A stretch of DNA of 64,000 bases from an uncultured Gammaproteobacteria bacterium (GCA_963827755.1 CAWHCQ010000004.1:32001-96000); one strand, 5' to 3'. Counted from the first letter of the stretch, positions 20,238 to 30,880 are shown. Program-made: numbers and translations. The notes: a model not told the origin generated them from the sequence alone.

Positions 20238-22181
20238 ATGCCTCCGTTTGACCGAAGAGAGTTCCTCAAGATCCTTGGTATTGGCGCGGCTGCAACAACA
20301 ATTCCCGGACTGACCGCGTGCAGCAAATCCGAAGACGCCGCCACTGAAGCGATGCCTGCTTCGCAGGCCGGCAACCCGCTGGAAAGTTTCTATGACCTGC
20401 CAATGCAGGGCAATGCCCGGATCCTGCATATTACCGATGTGCACGGCCAGTTGAACCCGGTGTATTTCCGCGAGCCCAATGTCAACCTGGGCGTGGGCGA
20501 TGCCTACGGCCGCCCGCCTCATATCGTCGGCAAGGGTTTTCTGGATTACATGGGATTGAGTGCGGATTCACCCGAGGCCTATGCCTACACCTATCTGGAT
20601 TTCGAGAAAGCGGCCCGCCGCTACGGCAAAACAGGTGGGTATGCCTACATGAAAACCCTGTTGAATCGTCTGCGCGAGCAGGCCGGTGGCAAGGGCAATA
20701 CCCTGACGCTGGATGGAGGTGACCTGTGGCAGGGGTCGGGCACCTCGCTGTGGACCCGCGGCGTCGACATGGTGGAGGCCTCGAACCTGCTTGGCCTTGA
20801 TGTCATGGTCGGTCACTGGGAGTTTACCTACCGGGAGGATGAAGTCCTCAGTAACGTTGCCCTGTTCAAGGGTGATTTCATCGGGCAGAACGTCAGGATC
20901 AAGGAAGATGCCCTGTTTGGTGATGAATATACGGCCATGACCGAGAAGTACGATGGCAGAGGCCTGTATGACGAGGATACCGGGCATGCCTTTCAGCCCT
21001 ATGTCATAAAAAATGTGGGTGGTGCACGCATTTGTGTGGTCGGCCAGGCATTCCCCCGGACCGGCAACGCCAATCCGCAGGAATTTTTCCCGGACTGGTC
21101 TTTCGGGCTGCGTGAAGACGACATGATCGAACTTGTCACGAATATTCGTGCCGATGAGCAGCCGGATGCAATCGTGCTGTTGTCACATAACGGTATGGAT
21201 GTTGATATCAAGATGGCCGAGCGTGTGCCTGGTCTGAACGCCGTATTTGGAGGGCATACACATGACGGTATTCCCAGGCCCGTAAAGGTTAAAAACGTCG
21301 AGGGGCATACCTGCCTGGTTACCAATGCCGGTTCCAACTGCAAGTATATCGGCGTGATGGATTTTGATATCCAGGACGGGACGATAAAGGGAATGCATTA
21401 CAAGATGCTGCCGGTGATTGCCGAAATGCTGGCACCCGACAGTGAAATGCAGGCCTATATAGACCAGATGCGGCAAACGGTCTACGACGAGAACATTATC
21501 GAGAGCCGTGCCAGCAAGTTTTTCTTTAATCCATCGCGCGTCGGCAAGACCTTTGATGCCATCCTCAGCGAGAAGCTGGCGATTGCCGATCGCGTGCTCT
21601 ATCGCCGGGGTAACTTCATGGGGACCTGGGACCAGGTTTTGTGTAATGCCCTGCGCCATGAATACGGTGCGGATGTTGCCCTGTCGGCGGGTGTTCGCTG
21701 GGGTACGAGCACGCTGAAAGGGGAGTGGATCACCATGGAGGATGTCATGACCCAGTGTGCGATGACCTACGGTGAGACCTATGTATCCGAGATGAAGGGC
21801 CGTGACCTGATGAATATTCTCGAAGGCGTCGCGGACAACCTGTTTGACCCTGATCCCTATTTGCAGTCCGGTGGTGACATGGTGCGTGTCGGCGGTCTTG
21901 ACTACACGATTGACCCGTCAAAGCCCCTGTATGAACGCATCACCGATGCCCGACTCGATAACGGCCACATGATTGACCCGGAGGAAACCTACAAGGTTGC
22001 CGGCTGGGCTTCGGTGGGCAGGACACCGGAAGGGCGGCTGATGTGGGACGTGGTGCGTGATTATATTCTCGCAACCCGGGGCAAAGACAATGTCCTGGTA
22101 TTGCCCAAGATCAATCATCCGAAGCTGGTGGGGGTTGCCGCCAACCCGGGTATTGCAGACTACCCCGGCGAAATAGCCTGA
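20238..22181 (+). CDS. soxB: thiosulfohydrolase SoxB
   Basis: Tat RREFLK, HITDVHGQL, FREPNVNLG, DGGDLWQGS, GHWEFTY, RRGNF, DPYLQSGGDMVR. Confidence 0.96.
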   Translation: MPPFDRREFLKILGIGAAATTIPGLTACSKSEDAATEAMPASQAGNPLESFYDLPMQGNARILHITDVHGQLNPVYFREPNVNLGVGDAYGRPPHIVGKGFLDYMGLSADSPEAYAYTYLDFEKAARRYGKTGGYAYMKTLLNRLREQAGGKGNTLTLDGGDLWQGSGTSLWTRGVDMVEASNLLGLDVMVGHWEFTYREDEVLSNVALFKGDFIGQNVRIKEDALFGDEYTAMTEKYDGRGLYDEDTGHAFQPYVIKNVGGARICVVGQAFPRTGNANPQEFFPDWSFGLREDDMIELVTNIRADEQPDAIVLLSHNGMDVDIKMAERVPGLNAVFGGHTHDGIPRPVKVKNVEGHTCLVTNAGSNCKYIGVMDFDIQDGTIKGMHYKMLPVIAEMLAPDSEMQAYIDQMRQTVYDENIIESRASKFFFNPSRVGKTFDAILSEKLAIADRVLYRRGNFMGTWDQVLCNALRHEYGADVALSAGVRWGTSTLKGEWITMEDVMTQCAMTYGETYVSEMKGRDLMNILEGVADNLFDPDPYLQSGGDMVRVGGLDYTIDPSKPLYERITDARLDNGHMIDPEETYKVAGWASVGRTPEGRLMWDVVRDYILATRGKDNVLVLPKINHPKLVGVAANPGIADYPGEIA

Positions 22182-22205
22182 TCGTTTTGTATTGCAGGCA
22201 TTTCT

Positions 22206-22329
22206 GTAGGAGCGGATCTCATCCGCGATTGAGGGTCCATGGTGTGCGATCGCGGATGAGATCCGCTCCTACAATGAATGAATGAAAGGGGGGCATGGTG
22301 TTGTGATCGCGGATGAGATCCGCTCCTGC
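22206..22329. repeat. cluster of three GTAG-type REP palindromes (family A)
   Basis: GTAGGAGCGGATCTCATCCGCGAT at 22206-22229, inverted copies at 22249-22272 and 22306-22329. Confidence 0.85.
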
Positions 22330-22342
22330 AAATGACAGGCAT

Positions 22343-22374
22343 AAAAAAAGCCCGGTATAAACCGGGCTTTTTTT
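22343..22374. terminator. bidirectional intrinsic terminator between soxB and soxA
   Basis: AAAAAAAGCCCGGT-ATAA-ACCGGGCTTTTTTT. Confidence 0.9.
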
Positions 22375-22392
22375 ATGTGTTACAGATCCCCG

Positions 22393-23229
22393 TTACTTGC
22401 GTGCACCGGGGCCGTTCATTTCCAGTCCGTTACTCATGTAGGTATGGAAGTACTCCAGTGCCGTGTATTCAGGACCCTGCGGTTTGTAGGCCTTGGCACG
22501 TACCTGCTTGTTGCAACCGCCGTAGCGGCGATGCAGGGTACCCAGGCCGCCCCACTTGGAACGGTACACGGGAAAGTGCGTCACTTGACCAAGTCCCGGG
22601 CTCAGCAGGTCAGCGCGAATCTTGTTACCGGAGTTATAGACATGGCAGTCAGCACAGGCCATGTTCAACTGACCGCGTTTGGCATAGAAATGCGCCTTGC
22701 CTTGATTGTAAATCTCCAGTGCACGTGGATCATCCGGGATTTCTACATTGATGGTCTTGCCCCGGGATGTGTAGTGCATGTATGCAGAGATGTCGGCAAT
22801 TGCACCCTTCTGATACTTGAGGGGCTTTTCGCCATTCGCCTCCCGGCAGGCATTGATGGCGGCTTCCAGGGTGATTACCTTGCCTGAAGCCTTGTCAAAG
22901 AAAGGATAGCGGTGTGCAATGCCATCACCACCGTTTTCAAAGCAACTGGCATAGGTTTTGCCGTTGGCAAACGGCTTGTTGAATAATGTCTTGCCTTTTT
23001 CTATGTTCAGCTCATAGGGCGGAAACTCCTCGATATCCTCCCATTGCTCACGGGAAGCTGCGTCAATGGAATACACCCCATTGACGAAGTCATTGAAGGG
23101 CGTGCCCGGGAAGCGTTTTTGAAAGTAGGATCTGAATTTTTCCAGATCCTCTTGCGGTGTCGCCTGTGCCGTCGCTGCAAAGGTGCCAAACAGACCAATT
23201 ACCAGGAATGCTGTCAGGAGTTTTTTCAT
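22393..23229 (-). CDS. soxA: SoxA cytochrome c (mono-haem type)
   Basis: One CADCH, first haem site degenerate (TYASCF), KRGQLN, HFPVYR, active-site RRYGGC, YMSNGL..GPGARK. Confidence 0.96.
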   Translation of the reverse strand: MKKLLTAFLVIGLFGTFAATAQATPQEDLEKFRSYFQKRFPGTPFNDFVNGVYSIDAASREQWEDIEEFPPYELNIEKGKTLFNKPFANGKTYASCFENGGDGIAHRYPFFDKASGKVITLEAAINACREANGEKPLKYQKGAIADISAYMHYTSRGKTINVEIPDDPRALEIYNQGKAHFYAKRGQLNMACADCHVYNSGNKIRADLLSPGLGQVTHFPVYRSKWGGLGTLHRRYGGCNKQVRAKAYKPQGPEYTALEYFHTYMSNGLEMNGPGARK

Positions 23230-23269
23230 CGAGTGTTTCCCCTACTGTGTTGTTGTCCAGAAGTTCTGG

Positions 23270-23581
23270 TTAGCTAATGGTGGTTTCGCGGGAATCCTTT
23301 CCACCCTTGTTATCTACCCAGCTGAGTTTCACGGTATCACCGGCTGCGCCACCGGAAAACCGGAATGACAGGTAGGGATTTTTGGAGATCGCAGGACCCC
23401 AGTTTGCGGTCATGACCGCATTGCCCTTGTGTTCACAGATAACTTCCTGGATGAAGTGGGCAGGAATCTTCTCACCCGTTTTTTTGTCCTTGCGGGTGCC
23501 GGTCTCCATCGAGTGACTGATCAGCGCCTTGATCGTCGTTACGCCATCATCAACTTTTGCGCGCATTTTAATGCTTGCCAT
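23270..23581 (-). CDS. soxZ: SoxZ
   Basis: HSMETGTRKD, IPAHFI, ISKNPY, WVDNKG. Confidence 0.96.
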   Translation of the reverse strand: MASIKMRAKVDDGVTTIKALISHSMETGTRKDKKTGEKIPAHFIQEVICEHKGNAVMTANWGPAISKNPYLSFRFSGGAAGDTVKLSWVDNKGGKDSRETTIS

Positions 23582-23635
23582 GTCAAATCCTCTTTGTACG
23601 CTGTATTTAGAATAAAGTTTGCAGCAGTGTCGGGC

Positions 23636-24109
23636 TTATCCGCCACAACCGCCGATTGTTACCTTGACTTCCTTGCCGGTGCTGTAGAGTTTCCCGTTGG
23701 CCTTTACAACAGCAATCACGCTGGAGGTCTTGCCCATCTTGATTCGGGTAGAGACATACCCCTCGGTGCCTTTGCCCAGAACGAAGCTGGCGGTCAGCGG
23801 GGTTGCGTTTTTCTCTGCAAGTATGCTGATGGATTCGGCGCCGCTGATGTCGGTCGTCACCGAAACCGGTACGACGGCTCCATTTTCAGCAATATCCGGC
23901 GCCTTGATCTTGATCTTGTCACTGCCATCCAGTTTGGAGCTGCCAAACAGGCCGCTGAGTGCTGAATTCACATCCTTGGCGTCAAATGCATCCTTGGACC
24001 AGGCGGCCAGCGAGGCGCGCGGGGTGAGCAGGCCGGCACTGGCAGCCATACCGATAGCACCGGTAGCCAGTGAGCCCTTCAGAAATATTCTGCGTTTCAT
24101 GCTTGTCAC
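23636..24109 (-). CDS. soxY: SoxY
   Basis: Tat RRIFLK, APDIAENGAVVP, C-terminal VKVTIGGCGG. Confidence 0.97.
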   Translation of the reverse strand: MTSMKRRIFLKGSLATGAIGMAASAGLLTPRASLAAWSKDAFDAKDVNSALSGLFGSSKLDGSDKIKIKAPDIAENGAVVPVSVTTDISGAESISILAEKNATPLTASFVLGKGTEGYVSTRIKMGKTSSVIAVVKANGKLYSTGKEVKVTIGGCGG

Positions 24110-24153
24110 GAGTGTTTCTCCTGAATAATGTGATGGTTAGTCACGTCTGTAAA

Positions 24154-24528
24154 TCAAAGGGTGTATACGTAATCAACAATCTGGTCAACTTCGCTTTCGC
24201 TCAGGACCCCCATTCTTCCAAACGGTATCATGATGGTGTTTGGATTATTGATGGTGGCATCCCAGATTTGAGCCCTGAGCTTGGCCTTGTCAGGGAAGCG
24301 CAGTTTCATGCTGATCAGGGGTGGGCCAATGTTTCCCGGCAGGTCACCGTTATCCATGGCATGACAGGCGAGGCAGTTTCCCTTTTTACGATCAAATGAC
24401 AGCGCCTTGCCTTTTGCGATGGCGGAATCTGCGGCCATGGCAGAAGGAACTGCGGTCAACATTAATGCCCCGGCCAAGACAGCAAGTGAACATGCTGAAA
24501 TGAAAATATTCCTAGCGGTTTGCAGCAT
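24154..24528 (-). CDS. soxX: SoxX cytochrome c
   Basis: KGNCLACH, GNIGPPL, QIWD. RBS before ATG 24528. Confidence 0.95.
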   Translation of the reverse strand: MLQTARNIFISACSLAVLAGALMLTAVPSAMAADSAIAKGKALSFDRKKGNCLACHAMDNGDLPGNIGPPLISMKLRFPDKAKLRAQIWDATINNPNTIMIPFGRMGVLSESEVDQIVDYVYTL

Positions 24529-24574
24529 TGTTTCTTTCTCCTGTTGGTCTGCGTGTTGAGTGGTTACCGGCATG

Positions 24575-24916
24575 TTACAGGCTGCGCGGGTTGGCTGTTT
24601 CGTAGTAATATTGTTTTACTGCGCTTTCGGCCTCGAATTTTGCCTTGTTAGCGAGTTTGACGGCAGTGTCGTTGTCGCCCTTGGCGGCGGCTGCCTGTGC
24701 CTCTTTCAGAAATTTTTCGGTGTCGCGCCATATCCAGTTGTTGGCCTTCGCGGCCTTGACGGCACTCTCGGCGCTGGCAATGGCCGCAGTTGCTGCGGGA
24801 CTGGCCATGGAGCCACTGCTGGCCACTGGTTTCATGGCCTGATCAGCACAGCCGTTGATCAGCCACATTGAGAGGATTGCAGCTATCAGTAACTTGACGT
24901 GAGAACGTATCTTCAT
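24575..24916 (-). CDS. soxK: SoxXA-binding protein (SoxK/SAXB), lipoprotein-like
   Basis: Ala-rich helical protein with WRDT motif, LINGC lipobox, directly upstream of soxX. Confidence 0.8.
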   Translation of the reverse strand: MKIRSHVKLLIAAILSMWLINGCADQAMKPVASSGSMASPAATAAIASAESAVKAAKANNWIWRDTEKFLKEAQAAAAKGDNDTAVKLANKAKFEAESAVKQYYYETANPRSL

Positions 24917-25043
24917 ATTAGGTCTGACTCCGAAGTAATTAAAAAGTGCAAAAAATGACTGCCTGATTACCTGTTGGGAAGGTTAAGCTATCACCCGGAT
25001 TCTGGAAGCGCAAGTAGGGAAATTACTGCATTAGTATATGCAT

Positions 25044-26489
25044 TTATTCTAATTTTTCTGCCTCGAGGACGTTCTGCAGGTTCTTGATACCCGCTTGTAA
25101 ACCTGCAGTCTGGTAATCGCTGAGGCCTTTTTGTTTTTCTGCAAGTTTCAGCTGTTCTATTGCCTGTTTTGTATAGCCGTTGAGAAAATAATATTGCGAC
25201 ATAGCCGTATGTGTCTGGATGTTTCTGCCGGTTGCGCCCGCGGCCCGGGCAAGTAATTTATACATCTCCGGGTTGAGAGGATGCTTGTTGCTGCCGTCGG
25301 CAAGCAGTCTGAATGCCTTTTCAGCCTGGCCTGCGGACAGCAGGGTAGTGGCATAGGGCAGGATAATCTTCGGGCTGTCCGGATAGAGCGCAAGGCTGGA
25401 CGCGTAAATATCCAGTGCCGGTTCGAATTGTTTGCCCTGGTGCAGGATGCCGGCAAGTGACAGTCGATAGGCGATGCGGTCCGGGTCACTTTTATGCAGC
25501 TGTTCGAGTACTTTGCTGGCTTCTTCGGGTTTATTGTCCGCCGCAAGCAGCAGTGCAAATTCATAGCGCTCGACGGCTGTGTCACCGCCGCTATTGCCTT
25601 TATAGCGACGCACGTCGGCGAGCACCTGGCTGGCGTTATCGTAGCTGTCGACTCGCAGTTTTGCCTGTAACAGCAGGAAATCCGGGTCTGGCGCAGTATC
25701 AACCTTGGGATAGCTGGCCGCGCGTGAGATTGCTTCGGAAATCCGGTTGGTGGTAACCGGATGGGTGCTGAGAAATTCCGGTGGCCGGGCGCCATAGAGC
25801 CTGGAACTTTTCTGCAGGCGTTCAAAAAAACCGGCCATGCCGTACGGGTCGAAATCCGCATTCGCGAGCGTCTGGATACCGATGCGGTCGGCCTCCTGTT
25901 CGTTAGCACGGGTGAAATTGATCTGATATTGCAGACTGGCCGCGGATGCTGCGGTCAGCGCTGCCGCACCTGCCTCGCCATTCTGTGATCCGATAAGCAA
26001 AGCCGCTGCGAGGACGGCCAGGCTGGGTATGCTCATTTTGTCGGCAGCCTCAAACGACCGTGCGAGGTGGCGCTGGGTGACATGTGCGATTTCGTGGGCA
26101 AGGACGCCGGCAAGTTCGCTTTCGGATTTGGCGGCCAGGACCAGCCCGGTATTCACCCCGATGTGGCCCGCGGGGCCTGCGAAGGCGTTAATCCCGGAAT
26201 CGTTGATCAGGAAAAAGGTGAAGTCCGTTGTCGGGTTTTCGCTTCTTGCGACCAGCCGGCGGCCGAGGGCTTCCAGGTAGCTGCCGGCTTCCTGATCATC
26301 AAGTATCAACCCGGACTGGCGCAGCTCGCGCATGAAGGCGGCACCCAGTGCCTTGTCCTTTTGCGGCGATATAATACGGCCCGAGGCATCGCCAAGGCTG
26401 GGTAACTGGTCGGAATAGGTTTCGGCCGGGGCCGTTGCCGAGTAGATCAGTAGCAGGCTGCCAAGCAGTCCCCGGGAAAGTGGTTTCAT
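25044..26489 (-). CDS. bepA: M48 metalloprotease with TPR (BepA/YfgC)
   Basis: LPSLGD, INAFA, HEIAHVTQRH, EQEADRIG, PEFLSTHP. Confidence 0.9.
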   Translation of the reverse strand: MKPLSRGLLGSLLLIYSATAPAETYSDQLPSLGDASGRIISPQKDKALGAAFMRELRQSGLILDDQEAGSYLEALGRRLVARSENPTTDFTFFLINDSGINAFAGPAGHIGVNTGLVLAAKSESELAGVLAHEIAHVTQRHLARSFEAADKMSIPSLAVLAAALLIGSQNGEAGAAALTAASAASLQYQINFTRANEQEADRIGIQTLANADFDPYGMAGFFERLQKSSRLYGARPPEFLSTHPVTTNRISEAISRAASYPKVDTAPDPDFLLLQAKLRVDSYDNASQVLADVRRYKGNSGGDTAVERYEFALLLAADNKPEEASKVLEQLHKSDPDRIAYRLSLAGILHQGKQFEPALDIYASSLALYPDSPKIILPYATTLLSAGQAEKAFRLLADGSNKHPLNPEMYKLLARAAGATGRNIQTHTAMSQYYFLNGYTKQAIEQLKLAEKQKGLSDYQTAGLQAGIKNLQNVLEAEKLE

Positions 26490-26711
26490 AACGTGAGTGA
26501 TTGATATATTTACAATTAAAGCAACTAAGACAGGGAATCAACGCCCGGGTTCAACCTGAATGCGGGTGTTTTGCATACCTCCCCCTACAGGGGGCTTGCC
26601 TTACGGGGTGTGTTATCATAACGTCTTCCACGCATTATAAAATGTATTTCATCAGGATCCGTGCGATCGGGTCTTTAAAAGGCTGTAAATTTTAATATTA
26701 GGAGAGACGTA

Positions 26712-26942
26712 ATGGCGGATTTTGATGACGAACTTGACGCGACGGGCCTGAATTGCCCGCTGCCTATTTTACGAGCAAAGAAGGCCCTGAATAATCTGGA
26801 GACGGGCAAGATATTACACATCATTGCGACCGACCCGGGTTCGGTCAAGGACTTCGAGGCTTTCGCCAAGCAGACAGGCAATGAACTGATGTCATCTTCT
26901 GAAGAAGACGGAAAATTCATGTTCCTGATGAAGAAGGGCTGA
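26712..26942 (+). CDS. tusA: TusA-family sulfur carrier
   Basis: LDATGLNCPLPILR, ATDPGSVKDF, AGGAG RBS. Confidence 0.92.
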   Translation: MADFDDELDATGLNCPLPILRAKKALNNLETGKILHIIATDPGSVKDFEAFAKQTGNELMSSSEEDGKFMFLMKKG

Positions 26943-26972
26943 TACAGCCTGAAATTACAGGATTTTGGACAT

Positions 26973-27003
26973 AAAAAACCCCGGTCAATGACCGGGGTTT
27001 TTT
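26973..27003. terminator. bidirectional intrinsic terminator
   Basis: AAAAAACCCCGGTCA-A-TGACCGGGGTTTTTT. Confidence 0.9.
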
Positions 27004-27026
27004 ATTGTCCGGGTGTTTTGTCCGGC

Positions 27027-28425
27027 TTATCTGAACTTCCAGTTAAACCCGGCACTGAAGATATCGACCGCGGCATCGTATTTCGCATTCAGTGCATGGG
27101 TGCCGGTCAGGCCTGACGGGAAACGGTGCCGTCGGGTCATGGGCATCGGCGGTACCGCTGAGTTTCGGATCATCGACAAACAGGTGTGCATAGCCAAAGT
27201 CAAAGCTGATCTCCGGGGTGTACTTGTAGGTGGCGCCGAATGTCAGCCAGGTGCGGTCGTTGTCCGGGACGCGCGGGGTGCGCAGGGTTGAATTCGGAAC
27301 CGGTGTTTCATCAAGGGCCAGGCCGCCGCGGAAGATCCAGTTCCGGTTATGGGTATATTCGGCACCCACGGCAAACCGGGTGGTGTCTTCCCAGTTCAGC
27401 GGGGTCACGCTGAGTGAGCCATCGGCAAACTCTACCACCAGTGAATCCAGCTTGCTCCACTGGGTCCAGGTAACGTCTGCCATCACCGCCCATTGTGAAT
27501 TGATCCCGTGGTAGGCGCTGAGTGACAGGCTGTCCGGCAGGGTGACATCGAGACTTGGCATCCTGCTTTCTGTTACCAGCGGGCCGGAGATCTTGCTGCT
27601 CACCATCGAGTTCCAGCTCAATCTTGGAGCGGTAGTGCAGGCCAAGGCGGGTGTGGTCGGTCGGTTCCAGCAGTACACCCATGTTGAAGCCGAAGCCCCA
27701 GTCGTCGCCGGTAACTTTGCCTTGCTGTCAAACGTGCCGGTACCCAGCCCCGGAACCGGGTAGTGCTGGCTCCTCGCCAAGAAAATCTCCCAGGCCAACG
27801 TCGGCGGCCTGGGTCAGTTCACCGTCTGCATACATGGCGCTGACGCCAAAACCGACCGTTGCGTGCTCATCAATCTTGAAGGCAATGGACGGGTTCAGGT
27901 TATAGGTCAGCAATTCCGACTTGATGGCATGATAACGGCCGACCCAGTCATCGTCATACTCCGTCGTCAGTCCGAACGGTGCGAACACACCAATACCCAT
28001 CCAGATCCTGTCATTGTATTGATGGGAGATGTAGCCGCTCGGAACGGCGGCAATCAGGTCGGTATCGTCTTTTGTTTTACCCGTGATCGGCATCCCGCCA
28101 GGATAGGACCTGGTACCCAGCAATTGCAAGCGTTGTTCGGGTTGTAATAGCCGTCTGCCTCGACATCGGTATCGGCGCTGACGATTTGCAGGTTACCCGT
28201 AATCATTGAGCCGGGCAGGCGCGACATGCCGGCCGGGTTGAAGAAGATGGTGCTGGCATCATCGATGCCGGCCGACCCGATGGCGTAGGCGGTACCCATG
28301 CCGCTGACGCTTTGTTCAATCAAGGCAAAACCGGATGCAAAGGCGTTGGCGGATAGAAGCGATAAAAGCCCGGCAGTAGCGTATGCCTGGATAGCACGTA
28401 CAACTGGATGGTGTTTGGCCATCAT
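27027..28425 (-). CDS. fadL: FadL/OmpP1/TodX outer-membrane transporter, broken by about 5 frameshifts
   Basis: Fragments across frames: SGFALIEQS..G.AYA, DDASTIFFNPAGM, PFGLTTEY, NLNPSIAFK, GDDWGFGFN, RVPDNDRTW, ending AGFNWKFR*. Confidence 0.85.
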
Positions 28426-28722
28426 CAGTCTCCTCTATTTGGCTGAATTATTTGGGGCGAAGACAGGGTAGCAGGCAGGACTTTGCGTGTTTCAAATGAC
28501 ATCGGATTTATCATCCCCCCAAAGATAATGTGAGCTCACACTACTTCACCTGAGGTAAAGAAACAACACCTGTTGTTGACAATGCCCTAAGCCTTTGACA
28601 CAGTTGCGGCACGTGCTGGTATTTTGATGTTGCATAAAAACAACCATCGGCATACAAGGGTATTTATTGATTCATACGATGTGCAAACCAGGGGGCGAGT
28701 AGTATGAAGAAAATATTTCCGG

Positions 28723-30194
28723 GTGACTGAAAACCGCGTGCTGCTGCTTACCGCGCTGGTCTTTACATCAACCGCAATGGCAACCACCGGTTATTTCGGT
28801 CATCGGTTACGGTGCGAAGTCGATGGGCATGGCGGGGGCGACGGTCTCCAATCCGCAGGACTCCATTGCGGCTGCAACCAATCCTGCCGGCATGGCGCTG
28901 GTGGGTGAACGGGTCGATGTGAGCGTGCGTTTCTTCAGTCCCGAGAACGCAAAGCAGAACTGTAGACAACGGCCGCTGGGTGCCAGTTTTGATGTCAAGG
29001 ACAAGAGTCGCCGTGACCTGTTCATCATTCCAAACCTGGGTTTTACCCAACAGGCAAGGTAAATGACAAGCTGTGGTGGGGTATCAGTATCTACGGCAAC
29101 GGTGGCATGAACACGACCTATGACCGCAATCTTTATGACGAGGCCTTTGCCGTGGTGGTGCGTGCACAGCTTTGGCGTATCCCGTCCCGCCGGCGCCGGC
29201 ACCGTATCCCGCCAGGTCCGGCTGCGGCTGGCATTGTTCCGGCAAGGTACCTCTACCACGGATTTCGGGACTACCGGTATACCGAATGTCGGGACACTGG
29301 GTGTGGACCTTCTCCAGGCCCTGTTTGCCCCGACGATTTCCGTGAAGGTCAACGAGAAGCACACGCTCGGCGCTTCGCTTGTTGATTGGCGTGCAGCGTT
29401 TCAGTGCACGTGGCCTGGGTAACTTCCAGTGCTTCACCAACTCGGTCGCAACCAATCCGGCCAATCGGCCCAGGTCTGCAAGCTGCCCGGTGCGTTGCAG
29501 CCGTCCCATCCAATGGCTTGACCAATAACGACAGTGACTGGTCCTACGGTGCCGGTGTGCGGCTTGGCTGGATCGGTGACGTCAGCCCGCGGGTGACCCT
29601 GGGCCTGGCCGCGGCCAGCAAGGTCTACATGACCGAGTTCGATGACTATGATGAACTGTTTGCCGAGGACGGGGATTTCGATATCCCGGCCAATGTGCAC
29701 GGCGGGCATTACCTTCAAGGCAACACCGAAGCTGAACATTTCCTTCGACTTCCAGCGTATCTTTTACGAGGGGGTCAATTCCATCTCCAATGCCGGGCCA
29801 TCCGACACTCTCGGCACCGATCGACTACCGCCGGGCGGAGGTCCTGCTGGGTACGGGTAATGGCCTCGGCTTTGGCTGGGAAGACACCAATACCTACCGC
29901 CTGGCCGCGGACTACCGGCACAATGACCAGTGGACCTTGCGCGCCGGTGTCGCCATGCTTGACCAGCCGATACCGGATGACCAGGTGCTGTTCAATATCC
30001 TGGCACCGGCGGTGGTCGAAAAGCATGTCACGCTGGGCTTTACCTACCGCCCGAACAAGAGCAGTGAATGGAGCTTTGCCTACATGCATGCCTTCGAGGA
30101 AGAGGTTAAAAGCAACCTGACGGCCTTCGGGATTCCCGGGAGTATCCAGATGTACCAGAATTCAGTGGATATCGGTTACACGCTCAAGTTCTGA
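28723..30194 (+). CDS. second FadL/OmpP1/TodX-family transporter, broken by about 6 frameshifts
   Basis: Fragments across frames: ATTGYF..GYGAKSMGMAGA, NPAGM, YGNGGMNTTY, LGVDLLQ, GDFDIPAN, GFGWED, FNILAPAV, ending YTLKF*. Start uncertain. Confidence 0.82.
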
Positions 30195-30213
30195 GCATTG
30201 GCACCATGTCGTT

Positions 30214-30244
30214 AAAAAAGGCCGCGGAAACGCGGTCTTTTTTT
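30214..30244. terminator. bidirectional intrinsic terminator
   Basis: AAAAAAGGCCGCG-GAAA-CGCGGTCTTTTTTT. Confidence 0.85.
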
Positions 30245-30328
30245 ATGACCCGCAGGCCGATACCCGTCAGGATGATTGATCCCTGGAAGTTGACAACAGC
30301 TGACTGCGGACCGACAGCCGCTTGCGTG

Positions 30329-30880
30329 TTATTCCCTGACCGGACGCTTGGCAAGTTTTCGCTGCAGGGTGCGGCGGTGCATGTTGAGGGCGCGGGCGGC
30401 GGCAGAAATATTGCCCTCGTGTTCGGCCAGTACTTTCTGCAGGTGTTCCCATTCCAGTCGTTTTACCGAGAGCGGCTGTTCGGCAGGAGTGACGGAGGGA
30501 TCGCCTTCGATGCGCTGCAGTGCGGCAACGATTTCATCGGCAGTCGCCGGCTTGGTCAGGTAATGTACGGCACCGAGCTTGATGGATTCGACGGCCGTGG
30601 CGACGCTGGCATAACCGGTCAGCATCACAATGCGTGTATTTTCATCCAGGGCTGCGAGTTGCCTGACCAGTTCGAGTCCTGATTCGTTGCCGATACGCAG
30701 ATCCACCACGGCATATTCAGGGTCGATTTCCCTGGCCAGCTGTAATGCCGTTTCCAGGTTATGGGCAATCGACACGGCATAGTCCTGCCGCGTCAGTGCG
30801 TCACCCAGCACCTCGCAATAGACCTCGTCATCGTCAACCAGTAATAAGGACGGTTTGTCATGTGGTGTGCCTGCGGTCAT
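30329..30880 (-). CDS. regA: RegA/PrrA-type response regulator
   Basis: REC domain plus EWEHLQ...NISAAARALNMHRRTLQRKL. Confidence 0.9.
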   Translation of the reverse strand: MTAGTPHDKPSLLLVDDDEVYCEVLGDALTRQDYAVSIAHNLETALQLAREIDPEYAVVDLRIGNESGLELVRQLAALDENTRIVMLTGYASVATAVESIKLGAVHYLTKPATADEIVAALQRIEGDPSVTPAEQPLSVKRLEWEHLQKVLAEHEGNISAAARALNMHRRTLQRKLAKRPVRE

